DNA from: Felis catus
Taxonomy: Eukaryota
Direction: 5' to 3'
DNA length: 64,000 nt
Assembly (NCBI RefSeq): GCF_018350175.1
Contig: NC_058372.1
Location: 18,290,001-18,354,000 of the forward strand
Shown here: positions 1 through 12,716 of the stretch, piece after piece
How positions within the stretch are numbered: the first letter of the stretch is position 1
Layout of the letters: every line of letters begins with the position of its first letter
The notes under the pieces: generated by a model
Seen by the model: only the letters and a program-made list of their open reading frames with translations
Told to the model about the DNA's origin: nothing
The model's database searches: none
Made by a program: the position numbers and the translations under genes

Positions 1-917
1 TGCTCCTATGGTAGCTTTTACAGTTACTTCTTTGACCATGTTTGGTTTGGCAGTTAAGAAAAAAATCAACAGAAGGATTGCATTTCAATGGCCTCACACC
101 TAATCCTCAGGCAAATGATTTGTCCACGCTTAATATAAAATACTTATGATGTATTGTTTGATGTGAACACTGGTTCTAATAAAATGGTGCCTGAGGTACA
201 GTTCTTTAGCTGGTAATACCCCATTTGTGTGGGCCTGTACGCATCGGATATAAAGCCATTATGATAAAATATGTCCTCTTTAGCCTGATAAAAACGCAAA
301 CTGGGGTATAGGACGCATGCCGAGAGAGAAAAGATGCTATAAAACACAAAGCCCCTTATGGTATTTGGCGTTGGCACAGGGGACAAGCCAGTCAGCGCTT
401 CTCTGGGTGGAATCTTCCCGGCCGCCTCGGAGGAATGTCCGTTTAATCATTTAAGGCCCTTTATTTGAATCTAATGTTGTGCCGAACCCAACTACATTTA
501 GCGGCTGCGTTTGTGAAGTTTTTATAAATGGGAAGGAACAGCTACATTAAAAGAGTGGATTTCAAGCACAAAGGAAGGTTAACGGAAGCACATCCAATTC
601 AGCCTACCCTGGATAGCAATCTCTGCTCTCAAATATCCACTTGTTATAACCTTTTTCTCCAGGACCCCGTGCTGCTTAGAAGCATGCAAGGTTAATAATA
701 GGAGGCGAAAAAATGCTCGGCGTTTCAAGATGCAACATTCATCTTACCGTTGCACTAACGCGGGGATGACAGAAAGTCACTTTCAACCTCCTTTCCTGCT
801 GCTCATATTACCTGCGTGTTGTGAGATACTCCTTCAGGTATTGGAGAATGAGCGCTTGTTCGTATGGTGTTCTAAGAAAGAGAGGCGTATTTGCCATTAT
901 CCTCATCTGATTTAATG

Positions 918-1113
918 CTTTTTAAAAAAAATGTTTATTTATTTTGAGAGAGAGCGAGCGAGCGAGCACATGAGCAGGGGAGGGGCAGAGAGAGAGAGGG
1001 AGAGAGAGAATCCCAAGCAGGTCGGCAAAGAGCTGACATGATCTCATGAGATCATGACCTGAGCCAAAAATCGAGAGTCAGACGCTTAACCGACTGAGCC
1101 ACCCAGGCGCCCC
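918..1113 (-). mobile_element. Can-SINE (SINEC_Fc-type), internally deleted
   Basis: Reverse-complement head ...gagccacccaggcgcccc at 1113, (GA)n linker, T-rich tail; no clear TSD. Confidence 0.9.
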
Positions 1114-1194
1114 ATGAAAGTATCTTACCTTTGACTACGAATCTGGAAGTAAAAAAAAAAAAAGGAAAAAAAATGAAAAAAAAAATGAAACTGA

Positions 1195-1383
1195 GCCTGG
1201 GTGGCTCAGTAGTTTAAGCCTCTGACTCTTAATCTCAGCTCCGGTCATGATCTCTTGGTCTGTGGGTTTGAGCCCCACACTGGGCGGAGCCTTCTTGGGA
1301 TTCTCTCTCTCCCTCTCTTTCTGTCCCTCCCCTGTTTGTGCTCTCTCTCTCTCTCTCTCTCAAAATACATAAATAAACTTAAA
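1195..1383 (+). mobile_element. Can-SINE
   Basis: gcctgggtggctcag head, tcatgatctc/gggtttgagcccc body, (CT)n, aaataaacttaaa tail. Confidence 0.9.
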
Positions 1384-2192
1384 GAAATGAAAACAGAAAT
1401 GGCCACAAAGGGGAGAGAGGAGGGAAGATAGAAAGATGTCACTTCTTTCCTTCAACTTAATGGTGTTGCTTCATTAGCACAACCCTTTTAGAAACCGTGC
1501 TAATCCTCAGTGAAAGCCACAGAGACAAATGTGCCCACAGTGCCCACGACGACTTTGGATCCAGAATGGATCTCGTGTTCCTGGACACCCCGAAGGGGGC
1601 AGCGAAGTCAGTGAGAGGACTCTCACGGCTCCCACCCTGCGGTCCTGGTCCATCAGCCTGCGGGAAAGAGGCTTAGGTTCTAGTTAATTGAGGGGAGCTC
1701 GAGAAAGAATGGCCGGCTAATTCTGGAACCCTCCTTTTAGCCCTGGCTCTAGAACTAGAACCCAGAGCCCAGTACTTGTGGAGCCCCATCGGCATGTGTT
1801 CAGCTCTTCAGGTCAGACCAGCAACTATGTTGGAGGCTTTCCGGGGCTTTCCGCATCCAGGGCAAGTGACATTTCCTGAGGAGGTGGTCACTTCCCAGAT
1901 CGGATTCCCACTGGTGGGAGTGGAGCTGGAAGCTGACGCTATGGAAGAGGTGGAACTCAGATCGGAGACAGCAGGAAAATAAGGCAATCTGTCAGTGACT
2001 GGAAAGGAGGCACCCCTTTGCGCCTACCAAAACTTCTCTCCAGTTCAATCCTGAATGTTTTCCTATCCTTCCTTCTTACTCAGTTCTTGGTCCAATGCCC
2101 AACAGTGAAGCCAAGGAGATCCTCCTTTATTATCGTCCTGTCCCAGGCACGAGTGGGCACTTATATCCTCCTTAGAGTTTAAATCTTTTCTT

Positions 2193-2413
2193 TTCTTTTT
2201 TTTTTTTTTTTTTCAACGTTTATTTTGGGACAGAGAGAGACGGAGCATGAACGGGGGAGGGGCAGAGAGAGAGAGGGAGACACAGAATCGGAAACAGGCT
2301 CCAGGCTCCGAGCCATCAGCCCAGAGCCCGACGCGGGGCTCGAACTCATGGACCGCGAGATCGTGACCCGGCTGAAGTCGGACGCTTAACCGACTGCGCC
2401 ACCCAGGCGCCCC
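2193..2413 (-). mobile_element. Young SINEC_Fc
   Basis: Full-length, CpG-rich; perfect TSD taaatcttttctt (2180-2192 / 2414-2426). Confidence 0.95.
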
Positions 2414-3049
2414 TAAATCTTTTCTTCAATAGGCTTTAAGACCCCCTTGCAAACGCTTCTGTGGATTTGTAATTTTGTTATTCCACATCACACCACTTCA
2501 GTTACATAAAGGAAGAAATGGGTTGTGTTTAGGAATCTTTTATTTACAGACTTCTTCCCCCCCCCCCCCATTGCAAATGGTACTTCATTTTTTTAAAGGA
2601 GGCTATTCTTTTATTTTCGAAAACTCCTTCAGACGGGTACGCAGGGGCTTTGCTCTTTATCCAGCTACCTGAGAGAGTGCCCGTTATTAGCATCAAGCCC
2701 CCTATTATATGAGCATTAGAGAAAAAGAGCCACTTGCGTAGCTATTCTTTATTAGGAAAAAAAAAAAGAAGACTCATGTTGAGAATTCAGAATCCTTTCC
2801 AGGGGAAGGAGAAATTGGCTGTCTAGCATATTATAAACAAGCGAAATAATGCAATCAGAAACCTGCTACCACACCCAGCCGTACTTAGAATTCTTTTGGT
2901 CCTTAAAAAAAAAAAAAAAAAGCATTATTTTGGTTATTGACATGAAATGGTCTTGCTGTTGACATTTTTGATTTCTAGCTTTCAGCCAGAGATACGACAA
3001 TTTTTGGTTTTGGAATCTTCTTTTCTTTTTTATTTAAGGATTTTATTTT

Positions 3050-3384
3050 ATTTTTTATTAAAAAAAGTTTTTTTTAACATTTATTTATTTTTGAGACAGA
3101 GAGAGACAGAGCATGAACGGGGGAGGGTCAGAGAGAGAGGGAGACACAGAATCTGAAACGGGCTCCAGGCTCTGAGCCATCAGCCCAGAGCCCGACGCGG
3201 GGCTCGAACTCACGGACCTCGAGATCGTGACCTGGCTGAAGTCGGACGCTTAACCGACTGAGCCACCCAGGCGCCCCTTAAAGATTTTATTTTTAAGCGA
3301 TGTCTACACCCTATGTGGGGCTCCAAGTCACCACCCTGAGATCAAGAATCACATGCTCTACTGACTGAGCCAGCCAGGCGTCCC
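3050..3384 (-). mobile_element. SINEC_Fc (3050-3277) inserted in tail of older short Can-SINE (3278-3384)
   Basis: TSD ttaa(g/a)gattttatttt at 3034-3049 and 3278-3293; older element has ...gagccagccaggcgtccc head and no (CT)n. Confidence 0.9.
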
Positions 3385-3612
3385 TAGAATTGTCAAATAG
3401 ATTCAAAATTCCCTTTCTGGGTGACTATACTCCGAGGACCATCCGTAATCAGTAATTCTCTGCTATCACTAGTTTCCTGGCTTCAAACGTCTGTTGTTGC
3501 AGGTCCCTCGGGGTGGGGGTGGAAAATACAGAACTACAGACACGCTCTCTGGTAAGAATTCTCTGCGGTTAGAGGGCATTGGTCTTCTGAGAAGTTCAGT
3601 TTGGATTATCCT

Positions 3613-4020
3613 CTTTTTTTTTTAATGTGTATTTATTTTTGAGAGACAGAAACATGGCACGAGTGGGGGAGGGGCAGAGAGTGGGGGAGACACAGAAAGC
3701 GAAGCAGGCTCCAGGCTCCGAGCTGTCAGCGCAGAGCCGGACGCAGGGCTCGAACTCACGAGCTGTGAGATCATGACCTGACCGGAAGTCCGACGCTCAG
3801 CCGACTGTGCCACCCAGGTGCCCCCCTCTTTTTTTTTTTAAATATTTATTTTGAGAGAGTGAGTGCATGCTTGGGGGAGGGGCAGAAAGAGAGGGAGAGA
3901 GAGATACTCCCCAGCAGGCTCCACGCCACCCACAGGGAGCCTGACTCTGGCTCTATTGTCGAACCCCTGAGCGCAAACCAAGAGTTGGATGCTTAACCCG
4001 CTGAGCCACCCAGGCGCCTC
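3613..4020 (-). mobile_element. Two tandem Can-SINEs, one nested in the tail of the other
   Basis: Heads end at 3824 and ~4020; inner TSD cctctttttttttt; outer TSD tgg(a/c)ttatcctctt. Confidence 0.9.
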
Positions 4021-4499
4021 TGGCTTATCCTCTTGACCTGCAGTTTTTCTGTGCACACTGTGGGGGACCGAACAGGTAGCATTTCCACTTTTCCCCATTG
4101 TGACAAGGGAGCAACTTTAAGTCTGGAGAAGAGAATGGCCTTTTGCCAGGCCACCCTGATACCTGCTGCACCCCAGTAAAGAGGGCACAGTGGTGGAGAT
4201 GTCCTGCATTTGGATTGCAGTGGGCACAGGTAGGACTCAGGAGGGAATCGGATTGGTGCGCGAAGTCCCTTTTGGTTCCAAATACGTGTGGAGAGAGAGT
4301 GCAAGGAGGGATGTTGGGTAGATGAGAAAATGTTCTTGGCTGGGTCTTGGGTTTCAGGGAGCAGCAGGGGGTTTAGTTGGCCTCACTAACTTATTTTTCC
4401 TGAACTCAATGATACAAGAGTCAGATCTGTTGGTTTGGGGGACAAGGTAAAGCAGAGCTGAGAGCTGGAAATGCCGAAGACACTAATCCTGGTTGTTTC

Positions 4500-5260
4500 C
4501 TGGAAAATTCCACTCTTCATTCACCCTTCATCTTAACCACTCAGAATCTCCATAACCCATCCTTCCCTCCATGTCCACGGGCATGGCTCCAGTCCTGGCT
4601 GCCATCACTTCTCACCTGCCCCTCTTCGGGGGCTGCCCGTGGACTCCCCCATTTCCACCTTGCCCCTCTTTCCTGCTCCACAGACCCAACCAGAGCGCCC
4701 TGGGACAACGCACCTGAGTCTTTGACGCACCTGTGTGAAACCCTTCTTTGCTATTTCCTCATCGTCTTTAGGACAAAAATGGAAAGTCTTGACTGTGGTG
4801 TATCAGGCACTCCATTTGGTGGCCCGGTGACTCTCCAGCCTCTGGGGACAGATCTTCCATTCGCTCCCAGGGTCCAGGTCTGAATATCCTTCCGCCACCT
4901 TGAGAAAGGAGTCCGGCTCACTCTTGTCCACCTGCCGGGAGCGCTGCTGGCCTAGTAGTGGTCCTTTATGACTCTGCTTGAAGGGACTTCTGCGCGCGAG
5001 TCTCGCGGGATACCCCCACCTCAGGCCCCACCTTCAAGTGCAAGTTTCCATGTCCCTCCGCCGGCCCCCCCACCCCACCCCGTCCTTCTAGGATTCCCAT
5101 CAGACGTGTCATAGTCTGTGTAAGTTTGTGGGCCCAGAAGACCAGCAACCTAGGTGTTGGTTGCTTGTGAATGAGGGCAGGGGCCCTTCCTCTTCTGTCT
5201 TTTGCAAATAGCCGGGTGTGCCCTTGCTGAATTCAGCACGCGCTGAATACAAATGTGTGA
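4500..5260 (+). mobile_element. L2 LINE fragment (degraded 3' part)
   Basis: L2-like phrases (gccatcacttctcacctg..., aaacccttc...ctcatcgtcttaggacaaaa, terminal gctgaatacaaatgtgtgaa). Confidence 0.55.
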
Positions 5261-5578
5261 AAGAATATGACATTTAAAGGCCCAGTGACCTCAGGTTCTT
5301 TAGAAATTTGGCATCTGTTATGTTAAAGGAGGTCCAGTCCTTCGAGTGTGAAGGAAGATTTTACCTCACAGAGGTCCAGGGATGATCTGGAATCCCCCTT
5401 CCCCTGTGTTTTCATAGCAAAGACTGAGAATCAGACTAATTAGATCAAACAAGCAGCTGTCCCTTTGACGCCCAACCCCCACCCCATGTATGCAAACTAG
5501 GTTTCGGAAAGGGAAGAAGCCAAAAGGCAAAAACACAGACCCAGGTTTGTTTGGCCTTCCCTATCAGGAGCTAATAAC

Positions 5579-5584
<6 letters not shown>

Positions 5585-5634
<50 letters not shown>

Positions 5635-5822
5635 ATATTTGAGAGAGAGACAGAGAGCATGTAGGGGAGGGGCAGAGAGAGAGGGAGACCCAGAATCCGA
5701 AGCAGGCTCCAGGCTCCGAGCTGTCGGCATAGAGCCGGACGCGGGACTCGAACTCACGAACAGTGAGATCATGACCTGGGCCGAAGTCGGACACTTAACC
5801 CGCTGAGCCACCCAGGCGCCCC
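5585..5822 (-). mobile_element. SINEC_Fc with 45-nt pure poly(A) tail
   Basis: T45 at 5583-5627; perfect TSD aataacagagtt (5573-5584 / 5823-5834). Confidence 0.95.
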
Positions 5823-7335
5823 AATAACAGAGTTCTTCATTTGTATTGTTATTGTGATTTAAGATGAACTAACCCTCAGCCTGATTCCAGCGTGTGAAGA
5901 ATTCAGGGCGGACCTGAACCCAGCAAAGTAGGGCACCAGTGAGGGAGTATGTAGCTCGTGGAACCCTGGAAAGTTAAAGAACTTGGAAAATAAGTGTAGG
6001 AAGTTATATTTAGTCCTCTTCACCCTTCACAGTTAGGATGATCTTTCCACCTGGTGGTAGGTCACTTCTGTTCCGAGGGATTTCTCTCCTGGAGCTACAT
6101 GGACACGTGAGCTGGAGCTGAGAATGAACACGGTGGTCCCCACTCTCGTGGTGCCCCTAACAATGTGGGCAATCGGGCACGTCGCCGGGCAATCGTGGTG
6201 TATGCTGAGATAGAGGCAATTCAAGCTTTTACAGGGTGCAGAAAAGATGCATCTAAGCCTGGTGGGCATAGGCGGCAGGACATGGAGGCAAATGGCCAGG
6301 GAGACTTCTCGGAGGAGGTGCCGTCTAGTTAGACCCCAAGGGGAAGAAGCGTTCGCCTGGTTCACCGAGGCGGGCAGGTGGGAGCATTGTGGCCTCGTGG
6401 CCGGCGTCTTCCATGAGGACATGTGCGTATCCGGTGCTGCCTGGGATCTGGCTATCATAACACTACGTCAATTTGTGCGTAGAGAATACCAGCCAAATGA
6501 ATCACTAAATAAAACCAGTGGCCAAGAGTTGTCTAGCATCCCCGAAGCCTCTGATGGAGTCCTGAAGGTTCCTTAGGGCTGCCGGGCAGCATGTTTTTCT
6601 CCTCCCGTTGGGCTGCCCCCACGCCAGTGCAGTCAAAGGAGATCTTCTAAAGTGATTGATCTCACCCTGAAATTCCTTGCGTGCAATGCGGGTCACACAG
6701 GACCGTCTCTGCCTGCCTCCTGCCCAGTGGGCCGCCTGGTCATCTGTACGGAGTGTGCTCGCCGTCCTGACTCACACAAGCTGTGGCTATGGCCCCCTTC
6801 CTGGCAATCCTAGAGGTTATTTGCATCAGACACCTTTTCCAACCGGTCACCTGCTGAAACACCCCCAGGTGCCTTTCAATAAGATAAACCGCGCATTAAA
6901 CCTCCTGCCGGCCGCCCTGTGATTACATGGATTGGGTAGGATAAAATACAGAGACTGGGCTTCTTTCTTTTCCTGGTGACATTCTTTTGGCCTGGCGGCC
7001 TCCGTGCAAGGGCGCCCTTGGAAGGACCGAAGGATATGAACTCTGGCGTCTGGATCTCTCTTTTGGAAAGGCTGCAGTCTCGAACAATTTGATAAACGGG
7101 GAAGAGGAGGAAGGCACAAGAGCGGAGAGAAAGAACCCGGAGCGGCAGCGCTCTGAATTTAGAAACCTTGCTTTGCTATCTGGATCTGATTTGGCCCGAG
7201 AATGCAAGCATCAGATAAAAATAACAAGTCACACAGTAGAGGACAGATCTCCGGCTTCTCCCCTGCCTGGGGCCGCGCATGCCCGGTGCGCGCCTCTTTG
7301 GTCGAGAAGCCCTGAGCCGCATTCCCCAGCAGAAG

Positions 7336-7483
7336 NNNNNNNNNNNNNNNNNNNNNNNNNNNNNNNNNNNNNNNNNNNNNNNNNNNNNNNNNNNNNNNNN
7401 NNNNNNNNNNNNNNNNNNNNNNNNNNNNNNNNNNNNNNNNNNNNNNNNNNNNNNNNNNNNNNNNNNNNNNNNNNNNNNNNNNN
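7336..7483. other. N-run, 148 nt
   Basis: Directly visible; unique non-repeat flanks. Confidence 1.
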
Positions 7484-7706
7484 AGGGTAATATAAATAGT
7501 AATGACTCTGGTGGAGTCTGATGAACGCTCCGTGTTTATGTGAGATCACTGGAGAAAGGCAAAATTTTTTTTAGCATGGAATCTGCTTAAATAGGGCGAT
7601 TTCGGGTCTCGAACAATTAAAATTCTGGTTGACATCTCCGAAAGGGATTCTTGTTGACTTTTATTTGACACCCTCGCAAATTGATTGTTCTGTTCTTTTT
7701 CTTTTC

Positions 7707-7737
<31 letters not shown>

Positions 7738-8681
7738 AAATTTGACCCCACGCGTATCCTTGTCAGCAGCTCCATGCAACTGCTCGCATCTTTTGCTAGC
7801 CTCCCTGCCATTGCATAGAGTTATTGGCTGGTTATTTTGCCCTTTCTGGGGCATTCGCTTCCACTGCCTCACCCTCAGAGGATTTGAACACAGATAGCGT
7901 TTTTATTCGGAGGCACTTGTTGGTTTTATCTTGAGGGAAAAAGGAACCATCATGAATGAACTGTTTTCTCAGGAAAGGAGAGATGAGACTACTACCACAG
8001 TGAGTTATTGGATTAGTGATTTATTCTGTTTGGACAATGTAAAGGATTTTCACACCAGAAAGTTGAGGAAGGCTTAAGAACAAAAAAACAAAAAAAACAA
8101 AAAAAAACAAAAAACCCTGGGTGTGAGCATTATATTTTTTGGCATGATGTAATCTTGCTTCCCCGCCAAACCTCCCTCCTCCCCCTTCCCCACCCCCCCC
8201 CGCCCCCAATCAGCACATCCTGTAGAGTGGAAGTGGGGAAGATTATTCCTTTTAGAGGAAGTTCACAATGAAAAATAATTAAGCCCTGACAGTTGCCTGC
8301 AAATGTCAAAATACAAATGTCCTCCAGTGATCATTTTTTAACCACCAGGGTAAGCGAGTTCTCCTTTGTCCTGGGGCAACAATGTGTAGCCAGTAATGGT
8401 CACCGGCTGAAGAGTCCCACAAGAAAATGCCATCTCACTGATCTCTCCCCGACACCTACCACACTGGGAGAAAACATCTTCCAGACCTTTGAATTTTGGT
8501 TGCTGCCAGGCAATTAACCCGTCTTAACGTGCATTCTGCAGATCCAAGTGCCTTTTCTGGCCCTCTGTTTGCGCTCGCCAGCATTCACAGGGTTTTCTAT
8601 TATTATTCAAGTGGTGCTGCCTCAGTGGTAAACCCATTGACCATTCAATCAGTGTGGGAGCTGCTGCGGATAATTAAAAGT

Positions 8682-8813
8682 NNNNNNNNNNNNNNNNNNN
8701 NNNNNNNNNNNNNNNNNNNNNNNNNNNNNNNNNNNNNNNNNNNNNNNNNNNNNNNNNNNNNNNNNNNNNNNNNNNNNNNNNNNNNNNNNNNNNNNNNNNN
8801 NNNNNNNNNNNNN
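8682..8813. other. N-run, 132 nt
   Basis: Directly visible; unique non-repeat flanks. Confidence 1.
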
Positions 8814-10759
8814 ATATCTCCTGTGGCCCTGGGGCACGAAAGGCAGCTATACATTCAGGGTGGCTGAGAGAGCTCCCAGCAGCCGCCATCCACACACAAC
8901 AAAGTAGAGAGAGGAAAAGAGAACTCCTCATTCCAGCGTTCTCAAGATTTTATCTCCTCACCACTGTTTCCCCCCACCCCCGCTGGACTCTCTCTGATTT
9001 TATTTCTAGAGAGAGAAAAGCTCTGCTTTCAGGTTCCGGAATGATGGAAAAGATTCCCCGCGTGGTAGCTGCTGCTTTTCGGCAACCGGGCAATCATGTG
9101 CAACCGTGGTCCCTTTTCAGCCACGGTGTCCCCAAGTGTCCCCTTGCAGAGCGAATGAGGTCAGAAAACACTGAAGGCGCACCCTTCAGAAACGGGTCTC
9201 TCGCTTAGAGGATTGCGTTTTGGACCAGTCGACTCTCACCGGGTTTGCATTTGCTGGCTAGTAAATATTTATCTTTGGGCACGGGTAAGCAATCTGTTTT
9301 CAATTTGTGCTTACATTTTGGCACTGTGAGTAAAACACACTGTATGGGAACAGAGGCATTAGAAAAAAAATGACTGTCCTGTGTTGTCTTTGAAGGGAGT
9401 AGCTGAGATGCTATCAGACAGGTGTGGTGAACGGGACCAATAATGACCAGCTCCCCTGATTTTCTTAAAGGCTGATTTAGGTGGATTTGGTAGAAAAGCC
9501 CAGCAAGAGGGATGTCCTGGGAGAGCATTGGCTCCGTGGGTCTCTGGCTTATCAGAGAGAAAAGCTGACTTTTGCAAAGCAGCCTCTGCGAATGTTATCT
9601 TTGCCTTCATCTCCAAGAAGGCCCAGCTCCCAGTGACGTCAAAGGCAGGTGGCCTGTGGGGAGTGTGTGGGCTCAGGACTCATGTCAAATGCCTTATACT
9701 GAAACACTCAGCGTCAGCTGGAGAGTTTTCCAGAATGCTCATGATTTGCTCTTATTTGAGGATGCTTATCCGTGGAACCGTAAGAGCAGAAACTTAGACC
9801 TTTCTAGGGAGCAAAACGGAATTCACCCTATGATGAAGTGGATGGTAACAGAGACTGACCTTGGATTCTGTCTACCAGGTGGGCTAGTTACACGAGAGGT
9901 GGCTTTGTTCCCCAAGCCCTTTGTGGAAACCTTGCCCCCTTTGTGAGCTGTCACAGGCACCATGGAGGTGACAGTGCTCGCCCCTTTGAGGGATCTACCC
10001 TCTCCAGGGAGGCTGAGGTTAAGCAGGTGAGAAGCAAAATGACCCCAGAGCTTTGAGGTTCTGAAGGAAGGGAAAAAAGTATTGTAAGAACACCAAGGAT
10101 GACAGTTATATTTTCACTCTCAAGAGAACCAAACTAATCAATAATTATATGACCCTGGATATATTTATTAACATCTCAGTGGCCTCCGTCTCCTTGCCTT
10201 AAAGTGAGATTATTAGATTTCACACGTACACACACGCGCGCGTGCACCCAGACACAGGGAGATTTTTTTAATGGACCCACAGCTATTTAATTTTTCTTAC
10301 AAAAAAAAAAAACATTTCTGAAATCAAAGCAGAATTTGTAAAACTTATGCATAAACCAGAGCTGTATGCCATTAGAGGAAAGGGAAACTGTACCAAACCT
10401 GGGGGCATGAGATAATAGCGTGGGTCCTGTTAACGCAATCATTAGTTAGTAAGAACTTAATTACACGACACTGCTAAATATAATATGGAAAATAATACAA
10501 ATACCTATTTTTGGCCTGCTGGAAGCTTACAGTCTGATTTGTATTATAAATGTGACTTATTAAAATGCCCACGAGGCTACTTGGAATTTAAAATGTTTTG
10601 AATAACGTGTTTCTGCTGGAAACTACTTTTCTATAGAAGATTTCTGTACACAGAGAGGAAAGGTATAAAATAGGTCTTAGACGAGAGGTGTGTAAGGCGA
10701 AACTTGTTCATTTGTTGCGGTTGAATAAAATTGAGTATACTTGGGAAACAGGGTCATTT

Positions 10760-10987
10760 GTTTATTTATTTAAAATGTTTTTAAATGTTTATTTTTTGAG
10801 AGAGAGAGAGAGAGAGAGACCACCAGCAGGGAAGGGGCAGAGAGAGGGGGAGACACAGAATCCGAAGCAGGCTGCAGGCTCCGAGCTGTCAGCACCGAGC
10901 CCGACGCGGGGCTTGAACCCACAAACAGTGAGATCATGACCTGAGCCGACGTCAGAGGCTTAACTGACTGAGCCACGCAGGGGCCCT
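10760..10987 (-). mobile_element. SINEC_Fc
   Basis: Perfect TSD gaaacagggtcattt (10745-10759 / 10988-11002). Confidence 0.95.
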
Positions 10988-12392
10988 GAAACAGGGTCAT
11001 TTCTGATGCGCAGGGTCAACTAAAGATCCGCTGCCACATGTCTACGGTGGTGAGGCCACTCTGCAGAAATGTCCCCCGTGGAAGTGTTCCTTGTGCATTC
11101 TTTTGCATTATCCCATAACTTCTCTCGGATCAGAAAGGGAATATCGTGTTGCACGCTCTAAAAGCAAAACGTGAAACTTGATTTAAATCGGGGCAGCTCG
11201 TAGGTGCTCTCCTCCTTGAGGAAGCTAAGGACAGCATTGCCCTGTTTCTGAACAGGAAAGCCGCGTTCCCCCCACGGTGTCCACAGCCCTGTGAACTGTA
11301 CATCAAACCCAAACCAGGTAGGGCTCCTGGGACGGAAACACTGTAATTTGAGGCTCAGATTAGCCGTTTCCTCGGTGGCAGAACAGAAACCACAAAGTCC
11401 ACCTACTCACTCATCAAACCACCTCGGGGTGGCATCTCTTTCTCGGGATAGGTCTGTTTTCTGAGGAAAGCTGGGAAAAACCACCGACTTTGTTTGGGGT
11501 ATTAAACGAGTGCAACCGAGGCTCTTTTCGTGATTTCAAAAAACACGAAACATTTTCGAGTATCGTTTGGGAATGCCCCAGAGTGTACCAGACTGGATGC
11601 GGAGGTGCAGGGAGTTTTGCGAGCAGCGTGAAGGAGACACAGGTTCAGGACGCTTTCCCTCACTTTCGTTTTTTCCTTCTTGGAAAGCACCTGACACGCC
11701 GAACATCCAAGTTCACTTTATACAGAAATCCGCGAAACCGGACGCGCGGACTTGGGGGTGTCAGCGCCAATGTCAGGCTCCAATTCGGTGTGAAAGAAAC
11801 ACCAGTGGTCACGGGACCGGTGTTGGTCAGGAAACGGTCCACACCGACATCCAACAACATTGTTCCTTTTTTTTTTTTTTTTGCAAAGCTTCAGACATGG
11901 GACATTAAAGAGAAAAAGCACACCCTGTGTGCACACTTCCTTTTAACAGAGCAGGATGCCAGGTTTGGCTTTTGCTGTCTCAGTCTGCTTAGGAATTCCT
12001 AATGAGTGAGCCGTAGTGTTTAACAGTAAAATATGGTTATGGTTCTTGAATGCAGGCTACATTTAACAACCGTATATTGATTTTTTCCTGTAATTTTATT
12101 TCCATGAGCATTTCTGGTTTCTTAATTAGTAGCCTTTTAGAGAGAGATTTAACATTCTCTCTCCATCAGAGGACCTGGCTTCCATGATACAGCTTCTCAG
12201 GGGAAAGTTCTAGGAGGGACAGCGTTAACACCGTGTGCGCGTACAGATGCACGCGGACGCGCAACCCTCCCTCCCTCCCCCCTGCTAACACAATTAAGAC
12301 AAAATGACATTGGTGAACTCGGTGACAAAACTCAACAATCTCCAAATGCACACTCACCCGGTAACGGGAAGAACTGTTTACCCCATGTTCCT

Positions 12393-12716
12393 NNNNNNNN
12401 NNNNNNNNNNNNNNNNNNNNNNNNNNNNNNNNNNNNNNNNNNNNNNNNNNNNNNNNNNNNNNNNNNNNNNNNNNNNNNNNNNNNNNNNNNNNNNNNNNNN
12501 NNNNNNNNNNNNNNNNNNNNNNNNNNNNNNNNNNNNNNNNNNNNNNNNNNNNNNNNNNNNNNNNNNNNNNNNNNNNNNNNNNNNNNNNNNNNNNNNNNNN
12601 NNNNNNNNNNNNNNNNNNNNNNNNNNNNNNNNNNNNNNNNNNNNNNNNNNNNNNNNNNNNNNNNNNNNNNNNNNNNNNNNNNNNNNNNNNNNNNNNNNNN
12701 NNNNNNNNNNNNNNNN
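12393..12716. other. N-run, 324 nt
   Basis: Directly visible; right flank begins with poly-C. Confidence 1.

Larger units (their letters stand above)
6450..9750. promoter_or_regulatory. Putative conserved non-coding / enhancer block
   Basis: No SINE/LINE; octamer ATTTGCAT 6819-6826, TGATTGAT 6653-6660, TGATTTAT 8017-8024, TGACAG 8287-8292, CRE TGACGTCA 9634-9641, many TAAT cores; conservation not tested. Confidence 0.4.

Noticed and set aside
11490-12002. 170-aa ORF and possible hairpin (tcggtgtg/cacaccga, ggaccg/cggtcc) at 11770-11856
   Set aside because: ORF starts at TTG and crosses a poly-T; stems are only 6-8 bp with large asymmetric loops, not miRNA- or snoRNA-like.
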